DNA of 32,000 nucleotides from Promethearchaeota archaeon (lineage in GTDB: Archaea; Asgardarchaeota; Lokiarchaeia; Sigyniarchaeales; SOKP01), in NCBI GenBank assembly GCA_030606485.1, contig JAUWGH010000004.1, forward strand, positions 1-32,000, written 5' to 3'. Of this stretch, positions 1 to 7,671 are shown piece after piece (within the stretch, counting starts at the first letter, position 1; each line of letters begins with the position of its first letter). The notes under the pieces are model-generated. The model saw nothing but the letters and a program-made list of their open reading frames with translations, was not told the DNA's origin and did not search any database. Position numbers and translations under genes: made by a program.

Positions 1-1
1 A

Positions 2-247
2 AGCTTATATAATTTTGCTACGGAGAGATTTAAAGGTAAAGTGAATCGAAATAACAACAAGAATATAATAGATTTATCAAATCAATTAATTAGAGATGAT
101 ATTAAAGAGTTATATAAATTATATTTCTATCAAGCTAATTACTATAGATTAGCATTATGGACTCGTAATATTACTATTTATAGCATTCTTTATTTGATAA
201 TTACATTTATCACACTTATAATAGTCTTTATACCAATTCAAACCTAA
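2..247 (+). CDS. 3' end of a probable membrane protein entering from outside the window
   Basis: The frame of track ORF 41..247 is open back to base 2 (SLYNFATERFKGKV...). Hydrophobic C-terminal segment ITIYSILYLIITFITLIIVFIP. Confidence 0.4.
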   Translation, partial: SLYNFATERFKGKVNRNNNKNIIDLSNQLIRDDIKELYKLYFYQANYYRLALWTRNITIYSILYLIITFITLIIVFIPIQT

Positions 248-568
248 ATTTATTTCAATTTATTGTTTTTGCACAAGAATTATTATTTTTAATTAATGAG
301 AAAGTAAATCAATCCTACCATTTTTAAACCGACTTATCCCAATCTAAACTATGGTGTATCTGATTTTTAAGAAGAAAAGAGTTGTTATGATTTGGTATGA
401 AAATTATTTTCCATCAGTTGTAATCAAATTGATTACAGCTGAATAATCGTTTTTGGGTGGATTATATAAATTAAAGATGCTAAAAATTCAGTTGAGAAAT
501 TAAATTTCTTCTTAAAAAAATATTAAATTAAATAAAAATTATAAATATTACAATTTAAATTAAAAAAA

Positions 569-754
569 ATGATAAATAAAAAAATGATTACACGTAAAAC
601 TCCTTCAAAAGGAATATCGATGATGAAAGTTTTATTGGAAGAACGAATATTTGATGAATTATTTAAGGATAATATTGATTATATTATTAGTAAGATACCT
701 CTTGATGAACAATATATTCCTTTTGGTGAGATTATAACTATTAAAAAGAAATAG
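569..754 (+). CDS. small hypothetical protein (may be a fragment)
   Basis: 61-aa ORF, no recognisable motif, very AT-rich context. Confidence 0.25.
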   Translation: MINKKMITRKTPSKGISMMKVLLEERIFDELFKDNIDYIISKIPLDEQYIPFGEIITIKKK

Positions 755-896
755 ACAATCTTTCCCCACCTATGTGGATGATATGCTAAAAAATATCAAT
801 ATAAGAGATTTAAATCGGGTGACAACTTATCACTCGAAATAAAATATATTACAATTGATTTGATTCAATTCATGAAAAGTGTGAATTGAAAATCTA

Positions 897-1130
897 ATGA
901 TTATCTTAAATACTTCAATTCTTTACGGTATGATATCAATTGTTGATACATTATTAATAATGCCATTTTCTTACTTTTCAGAATCAATAAATAACCTCCA
1001 AGTAATTTACTTTATTCTGTTATTCTTACCCATTCTATTTTATGGAGTAAAAAAATTTCAAATTAGAAAACGTATTAAAAGTTTTCAAAAAGAACAAGCG
1101 ATTAAATTAAAAAGTCAAAATAATAATTAA
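897..1130 (+). CDS. small hypothetical membrane protein
   Basis: Two hydrophobic stretches then a Lys/Arg-rich tail. Its stop overlaps the next ATG (TAATG) at 1130. Confidence 0.35.
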   Translation: MIILNTSILYGMISIVDTLLIMPFSYFSESINNLQVIYFILLFLPILFYGVKKFQIRKRIKSFQKEQAIKLKSQNNN

Positions 1131-1620
1131 TGCCATTTTTTTGTAGTAATTTTTATTTGGAATATACCGATTTAATAGTATCTTTTAATTACGGATTAAA
1201 AAATCTTAAAGTGAGAACATTGATCGAAAAAGAATTCGGGTTTATCTATTTAGAAAAGAATGAAATTGCATATTATATAGCTAATATATGGAAAGGCGAA
1301 TTGTTTATTCAGAATTGTAAAAATGAAAAATATTCTGAAGTCGACATTAAAAACTTCCATCGTGAGTTGTGGAAATTAATTAACAGAAATTGGGATGGGA
1401 AAAGTGCATTTCGCTTAACTTGAAAAGGAAAAAAAACAGATCCAATTCTTTCACAAGTTTGTAATAAAACTGGTATTTGGTATGAGGATTTACCGAAAGA
1501 ATTCTCAGTATTCCGCCCTAAAAGTTATTCAATTGAATGGAGAAAACAACAACATCCCTGTAAAGTTCATAAAAATAATCAAGACAATTTCAATTGTTTT
1601 AAAAATATTGGAGAACCGTA
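1130..1620 (+). pseudogene. hypothetical protein, possibly interrupted after codon 97
   Basis: 97-aa ORF 1130..1423. Protein-like sequence continues in frame past the TGA (KGKKTDPILSQVCNKTGIWYEDLPKEILSIPP) and then in a shifted frame (RPKSYSIEWRKQQHPCKVH...). Confidence 0.3.
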
Positions 1621-1646
1621 AAAATTAAGAATATTAAATTTAACAT

Positions 1647-1883
1647 TCATATATCGCAATCTTCTAATATTTTGTTGATGTCTTTATCTTGTAGGAATTC
1701 TCTCGCGTCTGTATAGCGATACACCCCAAATTTTCCAAGTATCTTTTTTATCCGTCTATTAAGAGTGTTATATGAAATCTTATATTCGGACAAAAGCTCT
1801 TTAATTGTCTTCCAGTTCTTTATATCGTTTAAAAATTTCTTAACTTCTTTTTTTTTTCTCATTTTTACCTCGTAGGAAGGCAT
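1647..1883 (-). CDS. stand-alone HTH-like protein, paralog of the C-terminal domain of the GIY-YIG endonuclease at 3002..3898
   Basis: Ungapped alignment KFLNDIK...FLQDKDINKILEDCDI vs KFLEDIK...FLQDKDIDEIMEEIDK gives 30/63 identities. An identical 19-mer is at 1681-1699 and 3036-3054. An in-frame TAG lies immediately upstream of the ATG. Confidence 0.7.
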   Translation of the reverse strand: MPSYEVKMRKKKEVKKFLNDIKNWKTIKELLSEYKISYNTLNRRIKKILGKFGVYRYTDAREFLQDKDINKILEDCDI

Positions 1884-2048
1884 CTAATATGGATTAGACT
1901 AAGAAAAATGTGCGAACATCAAAAAATTTAGCCAAAAAATTAGTGATGTAAATTTTGAATCCTATACTATACTAAAATACGATGATTTCATTCAATTATT
2001 TGATAAATGGTATCCATATAAATTTTAGTTATATATTTTTTCTTTATT

Positions 2049-2711
2049 TTAAGGTATTTTATATTTTAAACTATGCCTATCGGCAATTGTTTGTAATGCT
2101 TCAAAAACGATATTCGATGTTTTTTCTGTTAGAAACTCCCTTGCTTTTTCATCTGTTCTTTCTATTGAAATGGAATGAAGTCCAAAATATGTAGTAAATA
2201 AAATTTTAATTGTTATATTTGGTTTAATACGAATATAAATTTCATAATCTCCAGAACCCATCCCTTGTTTTTCATCAAAAAATAAGTCTTCATTCCTTAT
2301 TTTTTCCCATCCGTAATAAACAATATCTATATCGAGAAGTTCCTTTTTATATTCACTTAATAAAAGTATAGAAGGTAATGGTTCATTTTGTACCTCGGAT
2401 GGAATTGAACTTTTAGGATATTTTAAGCCAAATTTACAAATTTCATTTAAAGAGTCTAAACATTTTTGATAAATTTCATGTTTTTCTCTTTCTTTTTTAT
2501 AATTTTCAAATTGTTTCATTACAAATGGCATGAAAACAGCTGAAATTATAGCTGAAAGTATAAGAAAGTTATCAAAAAAATCCTTAACTTCAAGATATAT
2601 CTCTCGATAAAAAAAGGCAACAAAAATAAAATAAAAATCCAATATCAAGAATGTAGATAACACAAAAAGTAGGATTAATAAAATCAAATACTCCTTATGA
2701 TGCATTTTCAT
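2049..2711 (-). CDS. hypothetical membrane-anchored protein (about 2 N-terminal TM helices plus a soluble domain)
   Basis: 220-aa ORF with hydrophobic segments LILLILLFVLSTFLILDFYFIFVAFF and FLILSAIISAVFMPFVM followed by a charged globular region. Confidence 0.7.
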   Translation of the reverse strand: MKMHHKEYLILLILLFVLSTFLILDFYFIFVAFFYREIYLEVKDFFDNFLILSAIISAVFMPFVMKQFENYKKEREKHEIYQKCLDSLNEICKFGLKYPKSSIPSEVQNEPLPSILLLSEYKKELLDIDIVYYGWEKIRNEDLFFDEKQGMGSGDYEIYIRIKPNITIKILFTTYFGLHSISIERTDEKAREFLTEKTSNIVFEALQTIADRHSLKYKIP

Positions 2712-3001
2712 TTTAAAAAATTTCTATTATTTTTACCTTTTAATGATTGAATTAATTATATAAAAGTTACATCGTTTTAGTCTGTTTCTGTTATCAAAAA
2801 TTTCATATTAAAGACAAATTTTGTCGGAAAGATTTTTCTTCCTGATAAAACATATCTAATTTGTTTTAAAATTATACTAAAATAGTATTAAAAAATTGAA
2901 AAATTCCTACAAAAAATAGTTTAAATGGTTAATTTCACAATGAAAATATCATCATAATATTATCAATTATCTTATCTTTCAAATCCGAAATTCAATAATA
3001 C

Positions 3002-3898
3002 TCATTTGTCGATTTCCTCCATTATTTCATCAATATCTTTATCTTGTAGGAATTTTTTCGCTTCTGTTGGATTATTTATACCGTATTTTCCAAGGATTTC
3101 CTTCACTCTCAATCTCACTGTATCTTCCGACATCTTGTATCTAACCGCAAGAGAACTTGTTTTCAGCCCAGATTTTATATCCTCTAAAAATTTACCAATA
3201 TCAGGTATTTTTATCTTTCTCCTCCTGTTTGATTCAGCAATTATTGTAGCAATTCGTTTTCTATATTTTGGATCTTTAAATTTTTCATCCATTATCTTTT
3301 TCATTGTCTCACTCCCCTTTGCTCTAAGAACCGGGTCTTTATTTCCCCGTATTAATTTATCCCTCATTCTTTTTCGAAATTCCGGATCTTCTTTGCGTAA
3401 CTTTTCTACTTCTTCGCGACCTTTTCGATTAAAATTTATCATCCATTTTCTATACTCAGCATCTTCTTGATATTTCCGTTTTAATGTATCTCTGATTTTC
3501 TTTATAACTTCTTCACTCTGACTTCCGACTCCTCCATCTGTCATATTGTATCCTTTCTCTCTATGTGTTGAATCGTACTCTTTAATCCAATGTTTTTCCT
3601 TTTCATCTAATTCTTCTTGTGAATACGCTACGTCTATCTGTTCCAATTTCCAAACAGATTCATCATACTTTGCTATAGCATTATTTAAACGAGAACCAAA
3701 TATCTTTTTATCAGGTTGTTCTATTCTAAGTCTTTTAACTGCCCTTCCCTCTGTAAGATGCTCAAGCCATCTTTTTCTTATTGGTTTTACCGTTTCACCA
3801 ATATATACCTTTCTGGTAAAGGTATTAGTTGCTAAATAAATGTATCCGAAAGGTTTTTTTGTAGAATTTTGGTTGTTCACACAATTTTTTTTACACAT
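3002..3898 (-). CDS. GIY-YIG family endonuclease (homing-endonuclease-like) with NUMOD3-like helical repeats and a C-terminal HTH-like domain
   Basis: GYIY(18-21)...YIG(32-34), R43, H47, E101 and GYN(116-118) match the GIY-YIG core. The middle has SEEVIKKIRDTLK and DAEYRK/DPEFRK/DPVLRAK/DPKYRK repeats. SD-like GAGGTG lies upstream. Confidence 0.9.
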   Translation of the reverse strand: MCKKNCVNNQNSTKKPFGYIYLATNTFTRKVYIGETVKPIRKRWLEHLTEGRAVKRLRIEQPDKKIFGSRLNNAIAKYDESVWKLEQIDVAYSQEELDEKEKHWIKEYDSTHREKGYNMTDGGVGSQSEEVIKKIRDTLKRKYQEDAEYRKWMINFNRKGREEVEKLRKEDPEFRKRMRDKLIRGNKDPVLRAKGSETMKKIMDEKFKDPKYRKRIATIIAESNRRRKIKIPDIGKFLEDIKSGLKTSSLAVRYKMSEDTVRLRVKEILGKYGINNPTEAKKFLQDKDIDEIMEEIDK

Positions 3899-3905
3899 TT
3901 TTTTG

Positions 3906-4167
3906 CATACACCTCACATTGTTTTAATTTCATGGGGCGTTGTGAGGTTTTCGACATTTATGATTTTAGGGGGGATTCTTTTTACCCCCCGACCTCGCAA
4001 GAGGGAAAATCATTAAATAGTTCGAAAACTTGCCCCATGTGAGAAATTAAAACAAAAGTAGGGTGTAATATAAGATGTGTAATTAACATTATGAACAACC
4101 CATAACATAAAATAACCTACAGGATAACTATTTTAGCAACATACACCTTACCCGAAGGGTAAAAGTG
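3906..4167 (-). ncRNA. putative structured RNA / 5' leader of the GIY-YIG gene
   Basis: Nested inverted repeats: 3919-3931/4043-4055 (13 bp perfect), 3931-3938/4032-4039 (8 bp), 3947-3954/4022-4029 (8 bp), 3956-3967/4006-4018 (12 bp, one bulge). They close two hairpins, 3969-3990 (G6/C6) and 3993-4004 (CCTC-GCAA-GAGG). Further hairpins at 4086-4108, 4109-4134 and 4148-4162. Function and transcribed strand are inferred. Confidence 0.65.
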
Positions 4168-4435
4168 AAAGAAAAAGCTTTTAAAAAAAATAACAAAACT
4201 TAAAATGACATCTAAAAAGTATTAAGGCGAAAAACTAGACAGAGAACTAAATCCACGATAATTGAAAAAATCCTTATTTTTAAGTATCTATGTTACATGG
4301 TATATGCATCTAATCTATCTATTTATTTTATAATTTATACGACAATAAACAAAAAACAAAGATTTTCTCAAATTTTTTTAAAAATTTTTTATTATAAAAC
4401 CTATCAAATAAATAATTTATAAGAACTGAGAACCG

Positions 4436-4954
4436 ATGAATGAAGAATTAGAAAAATTATCCAAGGAGGAATTGATTAAATATATTGAAGATATCTCTAA
4501 GAACTGGATCTCGATAGATGGTACATGGTTCCAGACGGTGGAAAATGACCTAGGACTTGAAAAAGCCATGGAGCTTAATATTAAACAATGGACAAGATTT
4601 ACGGTTATTGAAGCTAAGAGAATTATGAAAAGATTTAATATTCCTCCAAATGGAGGAATTCCTGCGTTGATTAAAGCTTTAAAATTCAGGGTTTATGCGA
4701 ACATAAACATACAAGAAACCATTGAAATCTCTGAAAATCGCTGTGTATTTCGAATGAACAATTGCCGCGTTCAATATGCAAGGAAACAAAGAGGGTTGCC
4801 TGATTTTCCTTGTAAAGGAGTTGGCTTGGTTGAATATGGTCTATTCGCTAAAACAATAGATCCACGCATAGAAACTAATTGCATTTGTTGTCCGCCAGAT
4901 CCTCATCCGGAAGAATATTTTTGTGCTTGGGAATTTATTCTAAAGGATAAATAA
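4436..4954 (+). CDS. DUF6125-like protein (V4R/HNOB-like small-ligand-binding fold)
   Basis: W-x-x-x-DG-x-WF motif (NWISIDGTWF) and C-terminal Cys pattern CRVQ...FPCK...CICCPPDPHPEEYFCAWEF. Confidence 0.75.
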   Translation: MNEELEKLSKEELIKYIEDISKNWISIDGTWFQTVENDLGLEKAMELNIKQWTRFTVIEAKRIMKRFNIPPNGGIPALIKALKFRVYANINIQETIEISENRCVFRMNNCRVQYARKQRGLPDFPCKGVGLVEYGLFAKTIDPRIETNCICCPPDPHPEEYFCAWEFILKDK

Positions 4955-5115
4955 TTAAATAAAAAAAAGGATATTATAGAGAAAAATTTACAAGAATAAA
5001 CTTAATATTAAACAATGGAAAAGATTTACAGTTATTGAAGCTAAGAGAATTATGAAAAGCTTTAATATTCCTCCAAACGGAGGTATTCCAGCGTTGATTA
5101 AAGGTTTAAAATTCA
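4574..5115 (+). repeat. 115-bp direct repeat (4574-4688 and 5001-5115)
   Basis: Ungapped, 7 mismatches in 115 nt. The second copy is an internal piece of the DUF6125-like gene with no start codon. Confidence 0.95.
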
Positions 5116-5570
5116 ATTTTTATGAAAAACCACGTACTCTAATGCCACTTTTATCCCTAAAAGAACGTTAAAACAGTTTTAATGAAATTGAACTAGGTTT
5201 TAATAAAAATTTGGTCTTAGAAGAGGCGAACCGATGTTTAAGATGTGATTTACGTTTTGAAATCTCACCTGTAGTGTTTCCCCCTCAAAAATGGTTGGAA
5301 TTAACCGATGAGAATATTCAAACTGTGCCTGAACTTGAAGGTGCGATTCAAGTTTTAAATGAGAATCAAGTGATAATCCTCATACAAGGAACCGCTAATT
5401 TACGTTTAACATTGGAAGAACAATTAAAGAGCAATACTAAGGCTTGTTACTTTAATTATTATGAAGACCCTATGTACACAAAAAGGGAGAGTGAATTACT
5501 TCAACAATTTATACAAGAATTTGGGAGATTCCCTGAGGGTAATGAAGATCTTGACGATGATCTATTTTAA
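5001..5570 (+). pseudogene. chimeric remnant: DUF6125 fragment fused in frame to the C-terminus of a GltD/SudA-like flavoprotein with a degenerate GIY-YIG-like tail
   Basis: One frame reads LNIKQW...GLKF-NFYEKPRTLMPLLSLKER*NSFNEIELGF...EEANRCLRCD, with an in-frame TAA at 5169-5171. ER..F.E.ELGF...EA.RCL.C is the typical GltD-family C-terminus. Track ORF 5211..5570 is its 3' part. Confidence 0.7.
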
Positions 5571-5580
5571 ATTTGGCTGA

Positions 5581-5607
5581 ATAATAAAAAAAATAATAAA
5601 AAAAAAA
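5581..5607 (-). terminator. oligo-T tract (two copies of ATAAT-A8/9 on the + strand) downstream of 5612..6235
   Basis: T-rich run on the minus strand just after the stop, between convergent ORFs, as in archaeal intrinsic terminators. Confidence 0.35.
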
Positions 5608-5611
5608 GATT

Positions 5612-6235
5612 TTAAACTTTTTCTCCAAATTTACCCGATATCCATAATATTATGAGAATTACTAATGGAATACCAAAAATTATCGAAACCCAAACAAATA
5701 CGGTTAGATAACCGTAGATGAAATAACTAAATGATAGACTACCAAATGGGGTAAGCCAATTGCCATCAATAAACACATAAATACAAACTCCAATAAATAA
5801 CAAAAATGAAAAACCGCCACCGCCACCTTCATACTTTTTTCCTCTCAATCTCTCCCATTTCTTCTTCTCCTCTTTCGATTCCTTATCTCTCTTTTTAAGC
5901 TCTTCTTTATCATCTTCCGATAAAATTTTAAACCAATATCCTCCGATTAAAATGCCAAAGAATGCTACTGTTGGAAGTACAACGAGTAAAAATTCCCATA
6001 AAATCAATAATAATACCCATACAATGGCAGTCCCCATAGAAAATTCGTCAAACGTCCATGCACCGTAACCTCCAACCTCTGAAGCTGGAATATACAATAA
6101 TAAGACTAAAATTCCTCCGATTATAGCTCCAACCACCGCAGCTCCACAGATTATAGTAATTACCCAATGTTTTCTTATGAATCGTTTCCAAAACATTTCA
6201 TCTAAGACTTTCATACTCTCTTCTTCACTACTCAT
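5612..6235 (-). CDS. hypothetical integral membrane protein (about 4 TM)
   Basis: Four hydrophobic segments, a central charged loop (KEELKKRDKESKEEKKK) and a Gly run. SD-like GAGGT upstream. Confidence 0.85.
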   Translation of the reverse strand: MSSEEESMKVLDEMFWKRFIRKHWVITIICGAAVVGAIIGGILVLLLYIPASEVGGYGAWTFDEFSMGTAIVWVLLLILWEFLLVVLPTVAFFGILIGGYWFKILSEDDKEELKKRDKESKEEKKKWERLRGKKYEGGGGGFSFLLFIGVCIYVFIDGNWLTPFGSLSFSYFIYGYLTVFVWVSIIFGIPLVILIILWISGKFGEKV

Positions 6236-6256
6236 AAATATTTCTACCTCGAAATA

Positions 6257-6378
6257 TATTTTGTTTTTAAATTAGATTATAATTTTATTTTTAAATTAAA
6301 TACGGATCTAAATATAAAGCTAATCCTTATATTTCATTTATTTGATCAAAAAATTAAAGGAGTGATATATTTTAATAG
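6257..6378 (-). promoter_or_regulatory. duplicated promoter-like segment, copy 1
   Basis: 23-nt block 6257-6279 is identical to 9746-9768. 74-nt block 6305-6378 matches 9792-9865 with 4 mismatches. TATA-like TTTATAT on the minus strand. Confidence 0.75.
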
Positions 6379-6537
6379 GCAGAAGTATAGCGATCATCAT
6401 AACCTCATTATGAAGTAATATTATGATTTACTTTCTGCTAGGAGATCTAGAGCAATTGCAGGTTTCGATCGATATGCAATTAAGAATAGGTAAGCAACGA
6501 GACCAATGAATTCAAATTATACCCGGATTGGTTTCAT

Positions 6538-7539
6538 CTAAATATAGTCTAAAGTTATTACTACATTTCCCTTTTTATGCCCTTTATCGACATAGCTATG
6601 AGCCTCGACAATTTTTTCTAAGGGATAGCGTCTATCTATGACCGATTTAAGCTTCCCCGCCTCAATAAGCTCTTTGAGGAAAATTAAATCTTCTTTTTTT
6701 TCACTTGCTCCCCCACCTATTACTTTTATTGAAGACCAAAGGCCTCGAACAAGATGTGACACCTTCATGACAGCTTCAAGATAGAATCCTTTTTTCTTTA
6801 GCGATCTTTTACAATCTGAAAACGAACTCTTGCCTACCGTGTCAAAAATAATATCATAGATCTCACCGCTTTTGCTAAAATCCTCTTTAGTGTAATCAAT
6901 TACCTTATCGGCTCCCAGAGATTTCACCATTTCTAAATTCGTGGTACTGCATACTCCGGTAACTTCTGCCCCAAAGTGCTTGGCAAGCTGTACCGCAAAA
7001 GTACCATTACTTCCAGAAGCTCCATAGATAAGGACTTTTTGTCCGCTTTGGATATTTCCTTTTCTAAGAAAATGCAATGCTGTAAGCCCCCCAATAGGAA
7101 CGGCGGCGGCCTCCTCATGGGTCATATTGGTCGGTTTTAGCGCTACCACGTTAGCTCCAAACATACCTGTGGATAAAGGCTCTTCAGGTATACATATGTA
7201 CTCGGCATAAGAACCAAAACTCAACCCAGTGGTAGTTCCGAAAATTTGGTCACCTTTCCTAAATAGTTTTACATCTTTGCCTATTGATTCAATTTCCCCG
7301 GCTAACTCCATCCCAAGTATAGTTTTTTTTGGTTTTCTGAAACCCAACATTATTCGCCCGAAGAGCCGAAGCAAGAAAGGGTAATTTTTCATGCCACTTC
7401 GAAGAGCCACGTCCCCTGCTGTTGCTGTTGTCGCGTGTATTTTTACCAGTATTTCATTGTCCTTGGGAGTAGGTTTTTCTACTTCTTTGAGCTGAAGAAC
7501 GTCGGGGGGTCCATATTTTTGACAAACTATTGCTTTCAT
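6538..7539 (-). CDS. MDR-superfamily NAD(P)-dependent oxidoreductase, Zn-independent quinone-reductase-like
   Basis: [12 protein letters not shown] start, ATTATAGD (no catalytic Zn Cys), GMELAGE, GASGSNG nucleotide-binding loop, GHKKGNVVI end. Confidence 0.93.
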   Translation of the reverse strand: MKAIVCQKYGPPDVLQLKEVEKPTPKDNEILVKIHATTATAGDVALRSGMKNYPFLLRLFGRIMLGFRKPKKTILGMELAGEIESIGKDVKLFRKGDQIFGTTTGLSFGSYAEYICIPEEPLSTGMFGANVVALKPTNMTHEEAAAVPIGGLTALHFLRKGNIQSGQKVLIYGASGSNGTFAVQLAKHFGAEVTGVCSTTNLEMVKSLGADKVIDYTKEDFSKSGEIYDIIFDTVGKSSFSDCKRSLKKKGFYLEAVMKVSHLVRGLWSSIKVIGGGASEKKEDLIFLKELIEAGKLKSVIDRRYPLEKIVEAHSYVDKGHKKGNVVITLDYI

Positions 7540-7671
7540 TTGTGTAATTATTTATCACCATTTTTTAATATTTTTTATTTAATAACACTAATTTTGTCAC
7601 AGTATTAAATAGTTATAGAGACCAATATTTGTTTTTGTAAAACGAAAGAAAAAATGAAATTTGGATAAAAA

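Noticed and set aside
1968-2888. Short palindromes (2813-2825, 2874-2888) and a shared 12-mer TATACTAAAATA (1968-1979, 2873-2884)
   Set aside because: Too short and AT-rich to exceed chance in this composition. They could be operator sites but are unsupported.
3891-3908. Alternative ATG at 3908 joined to the nuclease by slippage on an A7 run
   Set aside because: It gives MQKNV* and lies only 1 nt from the SD-like motif. The ATG at 3898 explains the gene without recoding.
3002-4167. Group I intron, intein, IS or hammerhead ribozyme interpretation of the nuclease locus
   Set aside because: No interrupted host gene or RNA on either side, no intein splice motifs, no transposase or terminal inverted repeats with target duplication, and no CUGANGA/GAAA hammerhead core found by eye. 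An Infernal search is needed to exclude these fully.
4574-5115. Diversity-generating retroelement TR/VR pair
   Set aside because: The mismatches (C/A, G/A, A/C, T/C, A/T, T/A, C/G) are not confined to adenines of one copy on either strand, most are synonymous, and no reverse transcriptase is in the window.
6479-6536. 9-bp hairpin downstream of the last MDR gene (GAGACCAAT/ATTGGTTTC)
   Set aside because: A single modest stem with a long loop and no convincing U-tract, so it is not called as a terminator or ncRNA.
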